A stretch of DNA of 64,000 bases. It comes from Planctomycetia bacterium (lineage in GTDB: Bacteria; Planctomycetota; Planctomycetia; Pirellulales; UBA1268). This document shows, piece by piece, positions 10,502 through 21,723 of the stretch. The stretch covers positions 21,989 through 85,988 of the forward strand of contig JAIOPD010000095.1 of the NCBI GenBank assembly GCA_021414115.1, written 5' to 3'. The notes under the pieces were generated by a model. That model had not been told where the DNA came from, searched no databases, and saw nothing but the letters and a program-made list of their open reading frames with translations. Within the stretch, counting starts at the first letter, position 1. Each line of letters opens with the position of its first letter. Made by a program: the position numbers and the translations under genes.

Positions 10502-11147
10502 CCGCTGCCTTCCGCGGCGGCGTGTTGAGTGCGTACATCCGCAGCTTTTCCAAGTCTTTGTACACGTTGAGCGTGAACGGGGTCGTCGTCGCGTTGCGGT
10601 AAGCGGGAGGAATGAACGCCGTGCCGCCGTCGCCCGGCTCGACCGTGACCTTGTAAGCATCGGACGAAAGTCCGTCGATTCGGAAGGAGCCGTCGGGGGC
10701 CGTGGTGGTCCGCGCGGGTTCGCCGCCGGATCGAGTGGGATGGAAGACGACCGCGGCCCCGGCGATCGGTTTCCGGGTCAGCAGCAGCGTGCCGGAAACG
10801 CTGTGGACGCGACTCCCGATGATCGACAGGGCACAGTAGCCGCAGCAGCCTGCCACGAGAAGCCCGATGGCGATCGGCCAGCCCTTGGGCAACACGCCCC
10901 GCGTTTGTGCCACCGGGGCAGGGCCCCGCTTGGCGGCCTTCGAGCTGAGCGTTTGGCTCACCTTCTCGAGGTACGAGTCGTCGATGTCCTGCCCGCTCTG
11001 CTTGCGGAGTTCGATGTCCTTGATGTGGCCCATCGCCTTGCTGGCCGCTTGGGCACTCCCGCTAAGATCGCCTCCGTTGCGGCGGCGGCCGCTCTTCAGC
11101 TTGGGCGACCAGTTCAGTTCGCTCTGAGCACGGTTGGCGGAAGCCAT
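10485..11147 (-). CDS. Membrane-anchored protein with carboxypeptidase-regulatory-like domain (typical DUF1559 neighbour)
   Basis: TM helix followed by VSGT...PIAGAAVVFHP..ARTTTAPDGSF..YKVTV..IPPAY. Confidence 0.65.
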   Translation of the reverse strand: MASANRAQSELNWSPKLKSGRRRNGGDLSGSAQAASKAMGHIKDIELRKQSGQDIDDSYLEKVSQTLSSKAAKRGPAPVAQTRGVLPKGWPIAIGLLVAGCCGYCALSIIGSRVHSVSGTLLLTRKPIAGAAVVFHPTRSGGEPARTTTAPDGSFRIDGLSSDAYKVTVEPGDGGTAFIPPAYRNATTTPFTLNVYKDLEKLRMYALNTPPRKAAVSAVD

Positions 11148-11399
11148 GGTTCTTTCCTCAGGGACGGGTCGTGGGCGGAGTGCCGCAGGATCTTCATCGG
11201 CGAGCATACCGCTGGAATCCGTGTCGTCCGTGTGTGAAATCTGTGAGCCCGGGGGCCAAATGCGGGATTTGCAGCCGCTCACAAAATCCTCACACGATCC
11301 TTGCAAAATCCATATCGAGTCCTCGTGTTCCTCTCATCGTCTAGCCGTAGATTTCCCCGCGTGGTTTGTTATCCATCTCTGAACAAGGATCTTCATTTT

Positions 11400-12635
11400 A
11401 TGAATCGTTCGTCTTCGTCGCCGCGGGGGGGCTTCACCCTCGTCGAACTGCTCGTGGTGATCGCCATCATCGGCACACTCATCGGCCTCCTTCTGCCCGC
11501 GGTGCAGACGGCCCGCGAGGCCGCTCGCAAGTCGCAGTGTTCCAACAACGTCAAGCAGATGGCTCTTGGCGCGCTCAACTACGAGGCAGCCAATAAAAAG
11601 TTCCCGACCAGCGGCCAAGGCGTCGACTTCGCGGCCGGCAACCTCAAAGCCATGAACATCGAGTCGTTCTTCGTGCAGATTCTGCCGTTCATCGAACAGA
11701 ACGGCATCGCCTCGAAGTGGCAGACGAAGCGAGCCTACTGGGACACGACGGCGGGTGTCGGCGTGCCGGGCGGAAACTCCCAACTGGCCGCGACGAAGGT
11801 CAACACCTTCCTTTGCCCTTCCAACGGCATCACGAAGGACGAATACGGCGGTCTCTCGACGGGGGCCCAGACCTCCGGTTCCGCGTCTCCCAATCAGTAC
11901 CCGTATTACGGCCAGACGGACTACATGCCCGTCTCGTACACCGACCTCAGTCCGACGGACGGGACGCGTCAGAAGGAAACGTCCGCGACCAGCCGCGGAT
12001 CGTTCAAGGAAGGCCTGCTTCGAGTGCTGCAGACGTCGACGCCGAAGGACGCCGTCGATGGCATGAGCAACACCGCGATCTTCTTTGAGGATGCGGGGCG
12101 ATCGCTCCAGACCGTCGGCACGCGGGACACGACCTCGGCCGGAGGCGCCAGCGGCACGGCGTGGTATCGCTCGGGTGGCGCGGGCCCGGCGAAAGTGATT
12201 GCTGCCTCAGGCGATTCGCTCTTTGTGGCAGCGGGAGCCACGGACAATCCCTCGAGCAAGACGGTGCCGAACCGGTGGGCGGATTCGGATAATGCCAGCG
12301 GTGTGTCCGGTCCTCCGAACGAGGAAACATCGACGGCCCGCACGCAGCCCGTCATCAACAACAACAAGAACCCGCTGCCCGGCGGCAAGGCGACCGATGG
12401 GTCGATCAGCACCTACGGTGGTGGTACGAACGCGGCAAAAACCGGCGTCAACTGCAGTTGGGACCAAAACAACTGCGGCTCCAACGACGAGCCGTTCAGC
12501 ATGCACTCGGGCAACGGCTGCTTCGCCGGGTACGGCGACGGCAGCGTCCACTGGCTGAGCGAGAAGCTCGACGTGCAGGTGCTGCGGCAGCTCTCCGATC
12601 CGGCCGACGGCGACGCGCCGCTGGCCTACGAGTGA
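11400..12635 (+). CDS. DUF1559 prepilin-type protein
   Basis: [64 protein letters not shown]. Confidence 0.93.
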   Translation: MNRSSSSPRGGFTLVELLVVIAIIGTLIGLLLPAVQTAREAARKSQCSNNVKQMALGALNYEAANKKFPTSGQGVDFAAGNLKAMNIESFFVQILPFIEQNGIASKWQTKRAYWDTTAGVGVPGGNSQLAATKVNTFLCPSNGITKDEYGGLSTGAQTSGSASPNQYPYYGQTDYMPVSYTDLSPTDGTRQKETSATSRGSFKEGLLRVLQTSTPKDAVDGMSNTAIFFEDAGRSLQTVGTRDTTSAGGASGTAWYRSGGAGPAKVIAASGDSLFVAAGATDNPSSKTVPNRWADSDNASGVSGPPNEETSTARTQPVINNNKNPLPGGKATDGSISTYGGGTNAAKTGVNCSWDQNNCGSNDEPFSMHSGNGCFAGYGDGSVHWLSEKLDVQVLRQLSDPADGDAPLAYE

Positions 12636-12702
12636 ATGTGACCGGAAATCGTCCTCCGGTTGGCCGGCCCTGCCGGCCGACCGGAGGACGCTCCGGACGG
12701 CA

Positions 12703-14130
12703 TCAGGCCGGCGCGCCATTCCGTGCCGGAGCAGCGGCCCTGAACATGCTGCGGGCGTTGCCATCGCAGACGCCGGCGACGAGCGAGTCGAGCCAGTCGC
12801 GGCGGTCTGGCAGTCGGCCGGTGGCGACATCCGTGCCGACGAGGTCGCAGAGAATCCGCCGGAAGTATTCGTGCCGCGGGTAGGAGAGGAATGACCGTGA
12901 GTCGGTCACCATGCCCACGAACCGAGACAAAAGCCCCAGATCGGAGAGCATGTTGATCTGGTCCCGCATGCCCCGCTCCTGGTCCATGAACCACCAGCCG
13001 CTGCCCCACTGGATCTTGCCGGGCACGATGCCGTCTTGAAACGAGCCGGGCAGCGCGGCGAAGAGGGCGTTGTCGGCGGGGTTGATGTTGTAGAGGATCG
13101 TGCGTCCGAGGCTGTTGTCAGCCGCCAGCGCGCCGAGGAAGCGAACGAGTCCCGGGCCCTGGCGGGCGTCGCCGATCGTGTCGCAGCCGGCGTCGGCGCC
13201 CAGCTGCTTGGCGAGCAATGGATTCGGGTCCCGAAAGGGACCGAGGTGCAGCTGCGTCACCCAGCCCTTCTGATGGTTGAGCCGGGCGACATGGAGCACG
13301 ATCGAGGTCGCGAAGCGGTCGGCCTCGTCTGCGGTGGCAGGCGTGCCGCCCATGGCCCGACGCCAGATCGCCGCCGCCTCGGTGTCGGTGCAGTCGGCCG
13401 CGGCGAGGGATTCGAGCCCATGGTCGGTCGCGCGGCAGCCGGCGGTGGCGAAGTCGTCGTGCCGCTTCGCGAGCGCGGCGAGCAGGCCGGCATGCGTGTC
13501 GGCGGCGATTCCCGCGGCGGTGGAGAGCCGCTTGGCCCAGGCCTGGAGCCGGTCGGGCTGCCGCACCTTGCCCGCCGCATCAGGGCGGAACGTGGGCACC
13601 ACCCGTACCTTGAGTCCCGAGCGAGCGATCTGATGATGGGCGTCGAGGCTGTCGGCGGGATCATCGGTGGTGCCGACGAGCTCCACGCGCATCGCGTCGA
13701 GGATGCCGCGGGCGGTGAGCGGCCCGGTGGCAAGCTGGCGGTTGGCCTCGGTCCAGATTTTCTCGGCTGACGTCCCTTCGAGAAGGTCCTCGATGCCAAA
13801 ATGCCGGCGGAGTTCGAGATGGGTCCAGTGGAAGAGCGGATTGCGCAGCGTGTGGGGCACCGTCTCGGCCCACGCCTGAAACTTCTCGCGGGGCGAGGCG
13901 GCGCCCGTGATCCGGTCCTCGTGGACGCCGTCGGCCCGCATCGCCCGCCACTTGTAGTGGTCTCCCTCGAGCCATGCGGCGTGGAGGTTTTCGAACCGCC
14001 GGTCGGCGGCGATGTCCTGCGGGCTCAGATGACAGTGGTAGTCGATGATCGGCCGCCGGGCGGCCACCCGGTGGAAGAGGTCCGCCGCGACGTCGGTTGA
14101 GAGCAGAAAAGAGTCGTCGCAGAAACCCAT
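12703..14130 (-). CDS. uxaC: Glucuronate isomerase
   Basis: IIDYHCHL, GDHYKWRAMR, NPLFHWTHLEL, GSGWWF, GMVTDSRSFLSYPRHEYFRR. Confidence 0.97.
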   Translation of the reverse strand: MGFCDDSFLLSTDVAADLFHRVAARRPIIDYHCHLSPQDIAADRRFENLHAAWLEGDHYKWRAMRADGVHEDRITGAASPREKFQAWAETVPHTLRNPLFHWTHLELRRHFGIEDLLEGTSAEKIWTEANRQLATGPLTARGILDAMRVELVGTTDDPADSLDAHHQIARSGLKVRVVPTFRPDAAGKVRQPDRLQAWAKRLSTAAGIAADTHAGLLAALAKRHDDFATAGCRATDHGLESLAAADCTDTEAAAIWRRAMGGTPATADEADRFATSIVLHVARLNHQKGWVTQLHLGPFRDPNPLLAKQLGADAGCDTIGDARQGPGLVRFLGALAADNSLGRTILYNINPADNALFAALPGSFQDGIVPGKIQWGSGWWFMDQERGMRDQINMLSDLGLLSRFVGMVTDSRSFLSYPRHEYFRRILCDLVGTDVATGRLPDRRDWLDSLVAGVCDGNARSMFRAAAPARNGAPA

Positions 14131-14137
14131 CGGTACC

Positions 14138-14602
14138 CTACCGTTTGACGAGGGCGTCGCGGATCTCGCGGAGGAGCACGACGTCCTCCGGCGGGGCGGC
14201 CGGTGTCTCGTCCTTCTTTTCCTCGAACTTCTCCTTGGCCGTGTTGATCAGTTTCACGACCAGGAAGATGGCGGCGGCGACGAGCAGGAAATCGACCACC
14301 GACTGGATGAATGGCCCGTAGTTCAGGATCGGGTAGTCCTGCAGCAGCATCACTGGCTTGCCGTCCTTCATCTCGGCCGTGCCGTCAGCGAGGAGTTTTG
14401 GCGACTCCATCCGCACCCGCCAGGCGAGATCGTTGAAGTTCACGCCGAACTTGCTCGTCAGCAGGTTGAGCGGAGGCATGATGATGTTGGCGACGAGCGA
14501 ACTGATGATCTTGCCGAAGGCGCTGCCGATCACGACGCCGACCGCGAGGTCGATGACGTTGCCGCGCATGGCGAAATCACGAAACTCTTTGACGATACCC
14601 AT
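14138..14602 (-). CDS. mscL: Large-conductance mechanosensitive channel
   Basis: [39 protein letters not shown]; start at ATG 14602. Confidence 0.96.
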   Translation of the reverse strand: MGIVKEFRDFAMRGNVIDLAVGVVIGSAFGKIISSLVANIIMPPLNLLTSKFGVNFNDLAWRVRMESPKLLADGTAEMKDGKPVMLLQDYPILNYGPFIQSVVDFLLVAAAIFLVVKLINTAKEKFEEKKDETPAAPPEDVVLLREIRDALVKR

Positions 14603-14778
14603 GGACGTGGACTCCGAAACGGGAAGGAATGTGGTGGGCGACAGTATGCCGGCACACCGCTGAAAATCACAACAGTCGGCCGCCATCGCCGACGACCGAG
14701 GCCGGCGTTGCCCGTTCCTGCCGGGATCGGCGACAGTGATGTCTCCTCGATTCACTCCCACGAAGGATTCGGCGCCGC

Positions 14779-16875
14779 ATGTCCAGCATCGGGCTCGCAC
14801 TCTCCGGCGGCGGTTTTCGCGCCACGCTCTATCACCTGGGCGTGATCCGCTACCTCCGCGACAACGGCACCCTCCCCTTGGTCGCCGACATCGCGGCCGT
14901 CTCGGGGGGCAGCATCGTCGCCGCCCATCTCCTGCTCAACTGGGACCGCTACACGGGCAGCGATGCGGAGTTCGCGGAGGCGGCCTCCGAGGTGGTGCGG
15001 TTCGTGCAGCACGACGTCCGCAACCGGATCGTCCGCCGCCTGCCGCTGCTCTTTCCGGTGCGGCTGGCGGCCAAACTCGCCGGCTGGCATGCGCCCGGCC
15101 TCACCCCCAACGCGATCCTCGAGACCTATTACCGCCAGTTTCTCTACGGCGATCGCCGGCTCTTCGAACTGCCCGAGAAGCCCGCCCTCCACATCCTCGC
15201 CACCAATGTCGCCGATGGCGTGATGGCGGTGTTCAACCGCGACGGCCTCCACATCCAGAAGCGGGAGCAGGGGGAGACAGACCCGTTCCGCCACGTGGCC
15301 GGCCAGACGGCGCGGATCGCCAAGGTGGTCAGCGCGTCGTCGGCTTTTCCGGGCTTCTTTCCGCCGGTGGAGATTTCGGCACACGATCTGGGTGTTCATG
15401 AAGGGCAGTTTCCGACCGAGTCGTTCACCGACGGCGGCGTCTACGACAACCTCGGCACGCGGGCCTTCGCCTGGCTCACGCGGCACCGCGGCCATGCCTA
15501 CGACCGCGTGATCGTCAGCGACGCCGGCAAGCCGTTTCAGATCCTCGGCAACGCCCCCTTGGGCTTCATCGCCCAGTCGATCCGGGCCACCGACATCCTC
15601 TGGGATCGCGTCTGGCAGCTGGAGCGGGAAAACTTCGGCGACCGGAACGGCTTCTATTTCATGCCCGTCACGCATGTTGTCGATCCCCACGAGGATCCGC
15701 AGGCGGTGCATCCGGTCGTGCAGGCGGAGGTGTCGAGCATTCGCACCGACCTCGACCGGTTCAGCGACCTCGAGGCCAATGCGCTGGTCGCCCATGGCTA
15801 CGAGGTGGCCCGCAGCACGCACCGGCGGATCGCCGACAAGGCGCTCAAGCCGGTCCACGAGGGGCAGCCGTGGGAGCCGATACCGGGGCGTCACTCGGTC
15901 GTCGCGGCGGCGACGCAGGCCGCTCCCCTCGGCCAGGCGACGGGCACCGCGCGAACGGTGGCGACGAGTTCGCCCGCGCGGCTTGCGGAGCAGCTCCGGC
16001 GGTCGAGCAGCCGCAAGGTTTGGTCCACCCTCCTCGACTGGCAGGACTGGCCGACCTACGTCTACCTGGCGCTCGGCTTTCTGCTGCTGGTCTACCTGCC
16101 GATGCGGTTTTATCGGCTGCACCATCACGCGGCGATGCTCACGAGCGTGATCAACTCGATCGCCAAGGGCGATCCCGATATCCGTCTCGTGCTCGATCTC
16201 GTCGAGAGCGATCCGCTGGACGGCTGGCAGAAGCTCGAGATCACCGACACCCAGACGCCGACGATCGACGACTACGCGGGGCTCGAAATCCTCTCCTACA
16301 GCCGCATCAACGACCTGCGGACCGCCTTCGCCGGGAGCCTGCGGCCAGATCTCGGCGGTCGCGTGCACATGCGGGACCGGCTCATGCTGCGGGTGACCGA
16401 CGAGGCCCGCCGGAAAAAGGGCGTCGTGTTCCGCACGGCGCTTGCTGTCGCCGACGTCGAATACCGCCAGCCGAAAAACCGATACATGGCGAAGGCCAAG
16501 CGGGTGAGTGAGCGAGACGCCGAGGGCAAGGAGATCACGCACTACGAGTTTCACGTCGATCTCTCGCAGGCGCCGCTCGGCGAGCCGATCCCGCTCGAGA
16601 TCACGGGCGTGTTCCGATTCGCGGCGCTGCCGCCCGGTCGAATGCCGCTGGTGATGCAGTTCGACTCCGAGCTGCTCACCGTCTGGCTCCTCTTTCCCGA
16701 GGACCATCCCTACCGGCGGTACGAACTCGTCCGCTATCCCCGCGGCAGCCCCGACGCTGCGGAGCCGCTCACGGCGCGATACACGATCGACCATCCCTAC
16801 GGCCAGTTGATCGGCTGGTCGGTGATCCGGCCGCACGAGGGCACAGTCTACGAGTGTCGCTGGACGACCGACTGA
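14779..16875 (+). CDS. Patatin-like phospholipase with TM helix and extra C-terminal domain
   Basis: [15 protein letters not shown] nucleophile, DGGVYDN; TM segment [14 protein letters not shown]. Confidence 0.85.
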   Translation: MSSIGLALSGGGFRATLYHLGVIRYLRDNGTLPLVADIAAVSGGSIVAAHLLLNWDRYTGSDAEFAEAASEVVRFVQHDVRNRIVRRLPLLFPVRLAAKLAGWHAPGLTPNAILETYYRQFLYGDRRLFELPEKPALHILATNVADGVMAVFNRDGLHIQKREQGETDPFRHVAGQTARIAKVVSASSAFPGFFPPVEISAHDLGVHEGQFPTESFTDGGVYDNLGTRAFAWLTRHRGHAYDRVIVSDAGKPFQILGNAPLGFIAQSIRATDILWDRVWQLERENFGDRNGFYFMPVTHVVDPHEDPQAVHPVVQAEVSSIRTDLDRFSDLEANALVAHGYEVARSTHRRIADKALKPVHEGQPWEPIPGRHSVVAAATQAAPLGQATGTARTVATSSPARLAEQLRRSSSRKVWSTLLDWQDWPTYVYLALGFLLLVYLPMRFYRLHHHAAMLTSVINSIAKGDPDIRLVLDLVESDPLDGWQKLEITDTQTPTIDDYAGLEILSYSRINDLRTAFAGSLRPDLGGRVHMRDRLMLRVTDEARRKKGVVFRTALAVADVEYRQPKNRYMAKAKRVSERDAEGKEITHYEFHVDLSQAPLGEPIPLEITGVFRFAALPPGRMPLVMQFDSELLTVWLLFPEDHPYRRYELVRYPRGSPDAAEPLTARYTIDHPYGQLIGWSVIRPHEGTVYECRWTTD

Positions 16876-16915
16876 CCCATTTCGCCTCGACCGCAGCGCC
16901 GGAGGCGGATGCGTG

Positions 16916-17290
16916 TCAGCGGAAGGTGCGCAGGCCAGCCCAGACCGCGGCCACCCCCAGCGTGTTGGTCGCGACGACATACGCGATGGCCGAAGCGATG
17001 CGTCCCGAGGCGAGCATCTCCGTCGCCTGAAAGGCGAAACTGGCGTAGGTCGTGAAGCCGCCGAGCAGGCCCACGAGGAGCACGACCTCCTGCTCCGTCG
17101 AGAGGGCCCGGGCCTTGGCGAGGGCGACGATCGCCCCGAAGGCGAATGAGCCGACAAGGTTCACCGCCAGCGTGCCCCAGGGAAACGCAGCGCCGACGAG
17201 CCGGCCGGCGAGTGTGGTGCAGCCCGCCCGCACCAGCGTGCCGACCGCACCGGCGGCGGCGAGCAACAGGGCGTTGAGCAGGGGATTCAT
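16916..17290 (-). CDS. crcB: Fluoride efflux channel CrcB/FluC
   Basis: FPWGTLAVNLVGSF and GLLGGFTTYASF. Confidence 0.92.
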   Translation of the reverse strand: MNPLLNALLLAAAGAVGTLVRAGCTTLAGRLVGAAFPWGTLAVNLVGSFAFGAIVALAKARALSTEQEVVLLVGLLGGFTTYASFAFQATEMLASGRIASAIAYVVATNTLGVAAVWAGLRTFR

Positions 17291-17329
17291 GCAAGTCTTC
17301 TCCTCACGCCCGCAGATCCCGGGCGGCGA

Positions 17330-18550
17330 TCAGGCAGCGATGCGGTGTCCGGGGCCAATGGCCGGCTCATGCACGAGCCGCTCGCCCCGAGCCGCGGCTA
17401 CTTCGGCGTAGGCCGCCACGACCCCCCCAAATGCCCGCTCGGCGGAATGCGCACACGCAAGCGCGCGGCCGGCGCGAGCGAGTTGCCCGCGCTGCCACCG
17501 GTCGGCTGCCAGCCGGCCGAGCGCCGCGGCGAGCGGCCGCGCATCGCGGGCGTCGGCGAGCACGAGGCCGTCGACGCCGTGGGTGATCAGTTCTCCGGCG
17601 CCGTTGGCACGCGTCGTGATCACGGGCAGTCCGCTGGCGAGCGACTCGAGCGTGGTGAGGCTGCAGGCGTCGTAGAACGATGGCTGGGCTGCGATGTCGG
17701 CCGCTGCGTAGTGGGCCGCGGTGTCGGTGACATGTCCCGCGTAGATGACGCCCTCGTCCCGGTCCGGCCGACCGGCACGAGCCCTGCCACACACGAGCGC
17801 CTTGATCGGCACTCCTGCGCCACGCAGCTGCCGGATCGCGTGGGCGAGCACGTGGATCCCCTTGAGCCGATGATTGTTCGCGACGGCAATCACGAGCAGC
17901 TCGTCAGGGCCGATGCCGTGCCGCCTGCGAATCAGAGCCCCGGCGTCGCGATGCCGTTGCGGATGAAACCGCTCCGTATCGACTCCGTTGTGCACCACGC
18001 GAATCCGCTCGGCAGGCACGTCATGGAGATGCACCAGGTCGTGGGCGACCCGCTGCGAGACGGCGAGAAACACCGCCGACGGTGCGGCGAACTGCCGGGC
18101 AGCGCTGATGCGAATCCGGCGGCGCCGCGGAAACTCCTGCACGACCCGGCGGAGGAGGCGGAACGCCGGCGGATAGGCCATGTCAGCCGCCCGCTGACAG
18201 GCCGTCGGCGAGCCGACGTGTGACTGGACGATGTCGCAGGCGACGGCCGCGCCCATGTCGTGACTGATGTCGGGCCTCAGGGCGGTGAGCCGTTCGCGGG
18301 CGGACTGCGCGAAGGTCCCCGAACCCGTCGTCGGGCCGAGACAGTGCAGCGACAGCGGCAGGGCACATTCCGCGTCGCCGATGTGGCGGGCCAGCACGTG
18401 CACGTCGGCTCCCGCGGCCGCCAGCCAGGTGGCCAGATCGCGGGTGTACGACTCCGCGCCGCCCCGACGGGCATCGAAGCGTTCGATGACGAGCGCGATT
18501 CGCGGCGGCCGCTGGGCACCGGCGATGTCGCGGAACTGGAGTTGCTGCAT
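17330..18550 (-). CDS. Glycosyltransferase family 4
   Basis: GGAESY, VVHNGVD, PSFYDACSLTTLESLASGLPVI. Confidence 0.9.
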   Translation of the reverse strand: MQQLQFRDIAGAQRPPRIALVIERFDARRGGAESYTRDLATWLAAAGADVHVLARHIGDAECALPLSLHCLGPTTGSGTFAQSARERLTALRPDISHDMGAAVACDIVQSHVGSPTACQRAADMAYPPAFRLLRRVVQEFPRRRRIRISAARQFAAPSAVFLAVSQRVAHDLVHLHDVPAERIRVVHNGVDTERFHPQRHRDAGALIRRRHGIGPDELLVIAVANNHRLKGIHVLAHAIRQLRGAGVPIKALVCGRARAGRPDRDEGVIYAGHVTDTAAHYAAADIAAQPSFYDACSLTTLESLASGLPVITTRANGAGELITHGVDGLVLADARDARPLAAALGRLAADRWQRGQLARAGRALACAHSAERAFGGVVAAYAEVAAARGERLVHEPAIGPGHRIAA

Positions 18551-18808
18551 ACATCAGTCGTTCGGCTGTCCGTGAAGCAGCCCGATGGATGGTTCCGGCG
18601 ACGCGTTACCGCGAGCCCGGCCGTCCTCGCCTACCCTCAGGACGCAGAGTACGCAGGTTTCCCCGGCACCCACCGGATCGCAGGCGACTGCGGAAGTGCG
18701 GGCCTTGGGGAAACGGTGCGGGGTTTGAGTGATCGTGTCGAAGCGGCGTGGCCGATGCCACCCTCGTGAGGGCTGTTCGAGCCCGCGACCGTATCCCTGT
18801 CGAGGTTC

Positions 18809-19846
18809 GTGTCCGTGAAGCGTCTGCTCGCGTTCACCGAGGGGGCCGACTTCGTCTGCTACCGCTACCGGCTGGCAGCGTTTCGCGATTCACTCGCGGC
18901 GGTCGGCTGGCGGCTCGACCTGCTCCCCCGGCCGCACGGCCTCCGCGGCGTCTCCGCAGCCTTGGTCGAGATGGCCGCCGCCGACGCGGTGGTCGTGCAA
19001 CGGCGGCTGCTCAGCGGACCCAAGCGGTGGCTGGTCCGCCGGGCCGCGAAGGTGCTGGTGTACGACTTCGATGACGCGATTTATCTCAAGGACAGCAACC
19101 GCGGGCAATCGGCCGACGATTCGGTAAGGCGCGGCCGGTTTCGGGGCATGCTACGAACTGCTGATCTGTGCCTCGCGGGCTCGACCCATCTCCACGATCA
19201 GGCGACCCGCTCTGTCGACGCGGCAAAGGTGCACCGCATGCCGACATGCGTCGATCCCAACCGCTGTCCACTCGCCGATCACGACCGTGCGCCGGGGAGC
19301 GTGACCCTCGCCTGGATCGGTAGCCAGAGCACCTTGCCCGCGCTCGTCGAGGCCCACGACTGCCTGCGGGCGGCGGCCACGGCCGTGCCCAACCTGACGC
19401 TCGACGTGATCTGCGACACGTTTCCGCGGCTCGCGGGCGTTCGCCTCCGGGAGACCCGCTGGTCCGCCGCGACCGAGGCCGCCGCGCTCGCCCGCGCCGA
19501 CATCGGCGTTTCCTGGCTGCCGGATCATCCGTGGAGTCTGGGGAAGTGCGGCCTGAAGGTGCTGCAGTACATGGCTGCGGGCCTGCCCGTGGTCGCCAAT
19601 GCTGTCGGGATCCATCGTGAACTCGTCGCGGACGGCGAGACCGGGTTTCTGGCGAACGATCCGGCTGCGTGGCGGCGTGCCGTCGTGACGCTTGCCGGCG
19701 ATCCAGACCTCCGCCGCCGCATGGGCCGCGAGGGGCGGCGGCGGGTCGAGCGCGACTGGAGTGTCGCGACGTGGGGGCCACGCTTCGCCGCCATCCTCGA
19801 TGCCGCGGTGGTCCGTGGCTCCCGGCGGACAGGAGCAGCCGCATGA
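18809..19846 (+). CDS. Glycosyltransferase family 4
   Basis: YDFDDA, WIGS, GKCGLKVLQYMAAGLPVV. Confidence 0.88.
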   Translation: MSVKRLLAFTEGADFVCYRYRLAAFRDSLAAVGWRLDLLPRPHGLRGVSAALVEMAAADAVVVQRRLLSGPKRWLVRRAAKVLVYDFDDAIYLKDSNRGQSADDSVRRGRFRGMLRTADLCLAGSTHLHDQATRSVDAAKVHRMPTCVDPNRCPLADHDRAPGSVTLAWIGSQSTLPALVEAHDCLRAAATAVPNLTLDVICDTFPRLAGVRLRETRWSAATEAAALARADIGVSWLPDHPWSLGKCGLKVLQYMAAGLPVVANAVGIHRELVADGETGFLANDPAAWRRAVVTLAGDPDLRRRMGREGRRRVERDWSVATWGPRFAAILDAAVVRGSRRTGAAA

Positions 19847-20646
19847 ATGTGGAACGCGCGACGCCCGGCGCTCCTGAGTGGCCGGCGCTCGCGGCCCCGC
19901 ACATGGCCCGCTATCTCTGGGCGGCGGAGCGGGTGGCCGGACGTCGCGTGCTCGACGCCGGTTCCGGTGCCGGCTACGGGTCCGCTCTCCTCCGCGCTGG
20001 TGCCGCTGCCGAGGTGGTTGGCGTCGATGTCGATGCTACCGCCGTTGCTGCGGCACGGCAGCGGTTTGGCGGGCTCGGTATCTCGTTTGCCGTCGACGAC
20101 TGCGAACACTTGGAAGGTGTCGCGCCCGGGTGGGACGTCGTCTGCTGTTTCGAGGTGATCGAGCACTTGCGGCGGCCGGAGGACTTTCTCGCCACGGCCG
20201 GCCGGTTGCTCGGGGCCGATGGCATCCTCCTCGTCTCGACTCCGGAGCGGGCCAGCACGCCCCCCTTTGTCGCCGGCCGGCCGCGAAATCCATTTCACGA
20301 GCATGAATGGCATCGCGACGAGTTCGTCGCCCTGCTGCGGAGGCACTTCGCCGACGTCGAGATCCGGGTGCAGGTGGAGTCGCACTCCCTGCAGGCCCGT
20401 GCCGGCGCGGTGCAGGCTCTGCGGCAGGGACTGATGCTGGCCAATCCGCTGGCGGCCTTCGCCTGGCGGAAGTGGCCGCTGGCACCGAAGGCCGACCGCG
20501 GCTGGACGAGGCTCGAGGGTTTCGCCGCGGGGAGCATCGCCGACTATCCCGTCGTGTCGACCGGCTTGGCCGCCATCTACGGAAGGCCGCTGTTCAACGT
20601 TGGTCTCTGTCGTGCACCACTTACCCAAACGGGAGGCGGGCGATGA
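19843..20646 (+). CDS. Class I SAM-dependent methyltransferase
   Basis: HMARY, VLDAGSGAGYG, CFEVIEH, NPFHEHE; ATG 19843 overlaps the upstream stop. Confidence 0.88.
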   Translation: MNVERATPGAPEWPALAAPHMARYLWAAERVAGRRVLDAGSGAGYGSALLRAGAAAEVVGVDVDATAVAAARQRFGGLGISFAVDDCEHLEGVAPGWDVVCCFEVIEHLRRPEDFLATAGRLLGADGILLVSTPERASTPPFVAGRPRNPFHEHEWHRDEFVALLRRHFADVEIRVQVESHSLQARAGAVQALRQGLMLANPLAAFAWRKWPLAPKADRGWTRLEGFAAGSIADYPVVSTGLAAIYGRPLFNVGLCRAPLTQTGGGR

Positions 20647-21575
20647 GCTGGCTGAGTACGAGCGCCCTGGGCCGGGCGTGGGACGAGTGGCGACACCGGG
20701 ACCTGCAGGCGGGCGATGACGCCGAAGACTTCCTGCTCGTGACGTGGGACTCGTGCCGCTACGACGTGTTCTGCGACGCACACACGCCGACGCTCGACCG
20801 CTATGGCGCGGCCCAACGGGCGTGGGCCATGGCCACCTACACGCTGCCGGCCCACCAGGCGATGTTTGCGGGATTTCTCCCCCACGTCTTCGAGCCGTTG
20901 CCCTTCTACAATCGTTTCGTGCAGCAGCTCTGGCGGATTTCCCATCGCAATCTTGCCGTCAAACCGCTGGTGACGTTTCCCGAGGGCTGCGGCGGCATCG
21001 TCACGGGGTTTCGCCGTCGCGGCTACGCGACGCTCGGCGTGGCGGCGATGGACTGGTTTGCAAAACCGAGTCCGCTCCAGGAAGGTTTCGAGTGGTTTCG
21101 GGTCACGGGCACGCGGGCTCGCGATCAGGTCGACATGCTTTCGGAGCAGATCGATCGTCGCGGCCGGCGGCGGCCCTGCTTTGCGTTCGTGAACTTTGGC
21201 GAGACCCACAGCCCGTTTCGGCACGAGGGAATGCTGCACGAGCCGGACCCGAGCGGCGACCGCATGAGCCTCGGCCGTTTGTTCAACGCCTCGGGCGTGC
21301 ACGATCCGTCGCAGTCGCTCGACCACTACCTCTGGCAGCGGCAGCGGCGCTGCGCCGAATATCTCGACGGGCAGATGACGCGACTCCTCGAGTGTTTTCT
21401 CGCCCGCGGCCGACCGACGACCGTAGTCGTGACCGCCGACCATGGGGAGTGCCTGGGAGAAGAAGGGCTCTACGGCCACGCCTTTCATCACGAGAAGGTG
21501 ATGGAAGTGCCGCTGCTCATCTTCCGTCTCAACGCGGCTCCACACGCAATGCCACAGCTCCGGCAGGCGGGGTAG
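20643..21575 (+). CDS. Alkaline-phosphatase/sulfatase-superfamily metalloenzyme
   Basis: LLVTWDSCRYD, TYTLPAH, ETHSPF, TADHGECLGE..LYGH. Confidence 0.78.
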   Translation: MSWLSTSALGRAWDEWRHRDLQAGDDAEDFLLVTWDSCRYDVFCDAHTPTLDRYGAAQRAWAMATYTLPAHQAMFAGFLPHVFEPLPFYNRFVQQLWRISHRNLAVKPLVTFPEGCGGIVTGFRRRGYATLGVAAMDWFAKPSPLQEGFEWFRVTGTRARDQVDMLSEQIDRRGRRRPCFAFVNFGETHSPFRHEGMLHEPDPSGDRMSLGRLFNASGVHDPSQSLDHYLWQRQRRCAEYLDGQMTRLLECFLARGRPTTVVVTADHGECLGEEGLYGHAFHHEKVMEVPLLIFRLNAAPHAMPQLRQAG

Positions 21576-21723
21576 GCCCGGCAAGCTGGGTGGTGATGAA
21601 CCTCCTCGATGCTGGGTGCGTAGAGTTCGTAACCAAGGAGGGTTACGTCATGGACGCGCACTTCAACGAGTATCTGGCGGCGGTGGTCGGCATGCAGGAG
21701 TTGTACGGCCATCCGGCCGACGA

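Noticed and set aside
14752-17157. Long antisense ORFs (801 aa here; also 37490-39628, 43822-45615 and others)
   Set aside because: Shadow frames of well-supported genes in high-GC DNA, with no recognisable motifs.
17291-17330. Fluoride riboswitch upstream of crcB
   Set aside because: Only about 40 bp of intergenic space with a simple GC hairpin; no GGCGATGG-type consensus on the coding strand.
21590-21723. Coding-like fragment VEFVTKEGYVMDAHFNEYLAAVVG after the metalloenzyme gene
   Set aside because: Could be a gene remnant, but I cannot assign a family or boundaries.
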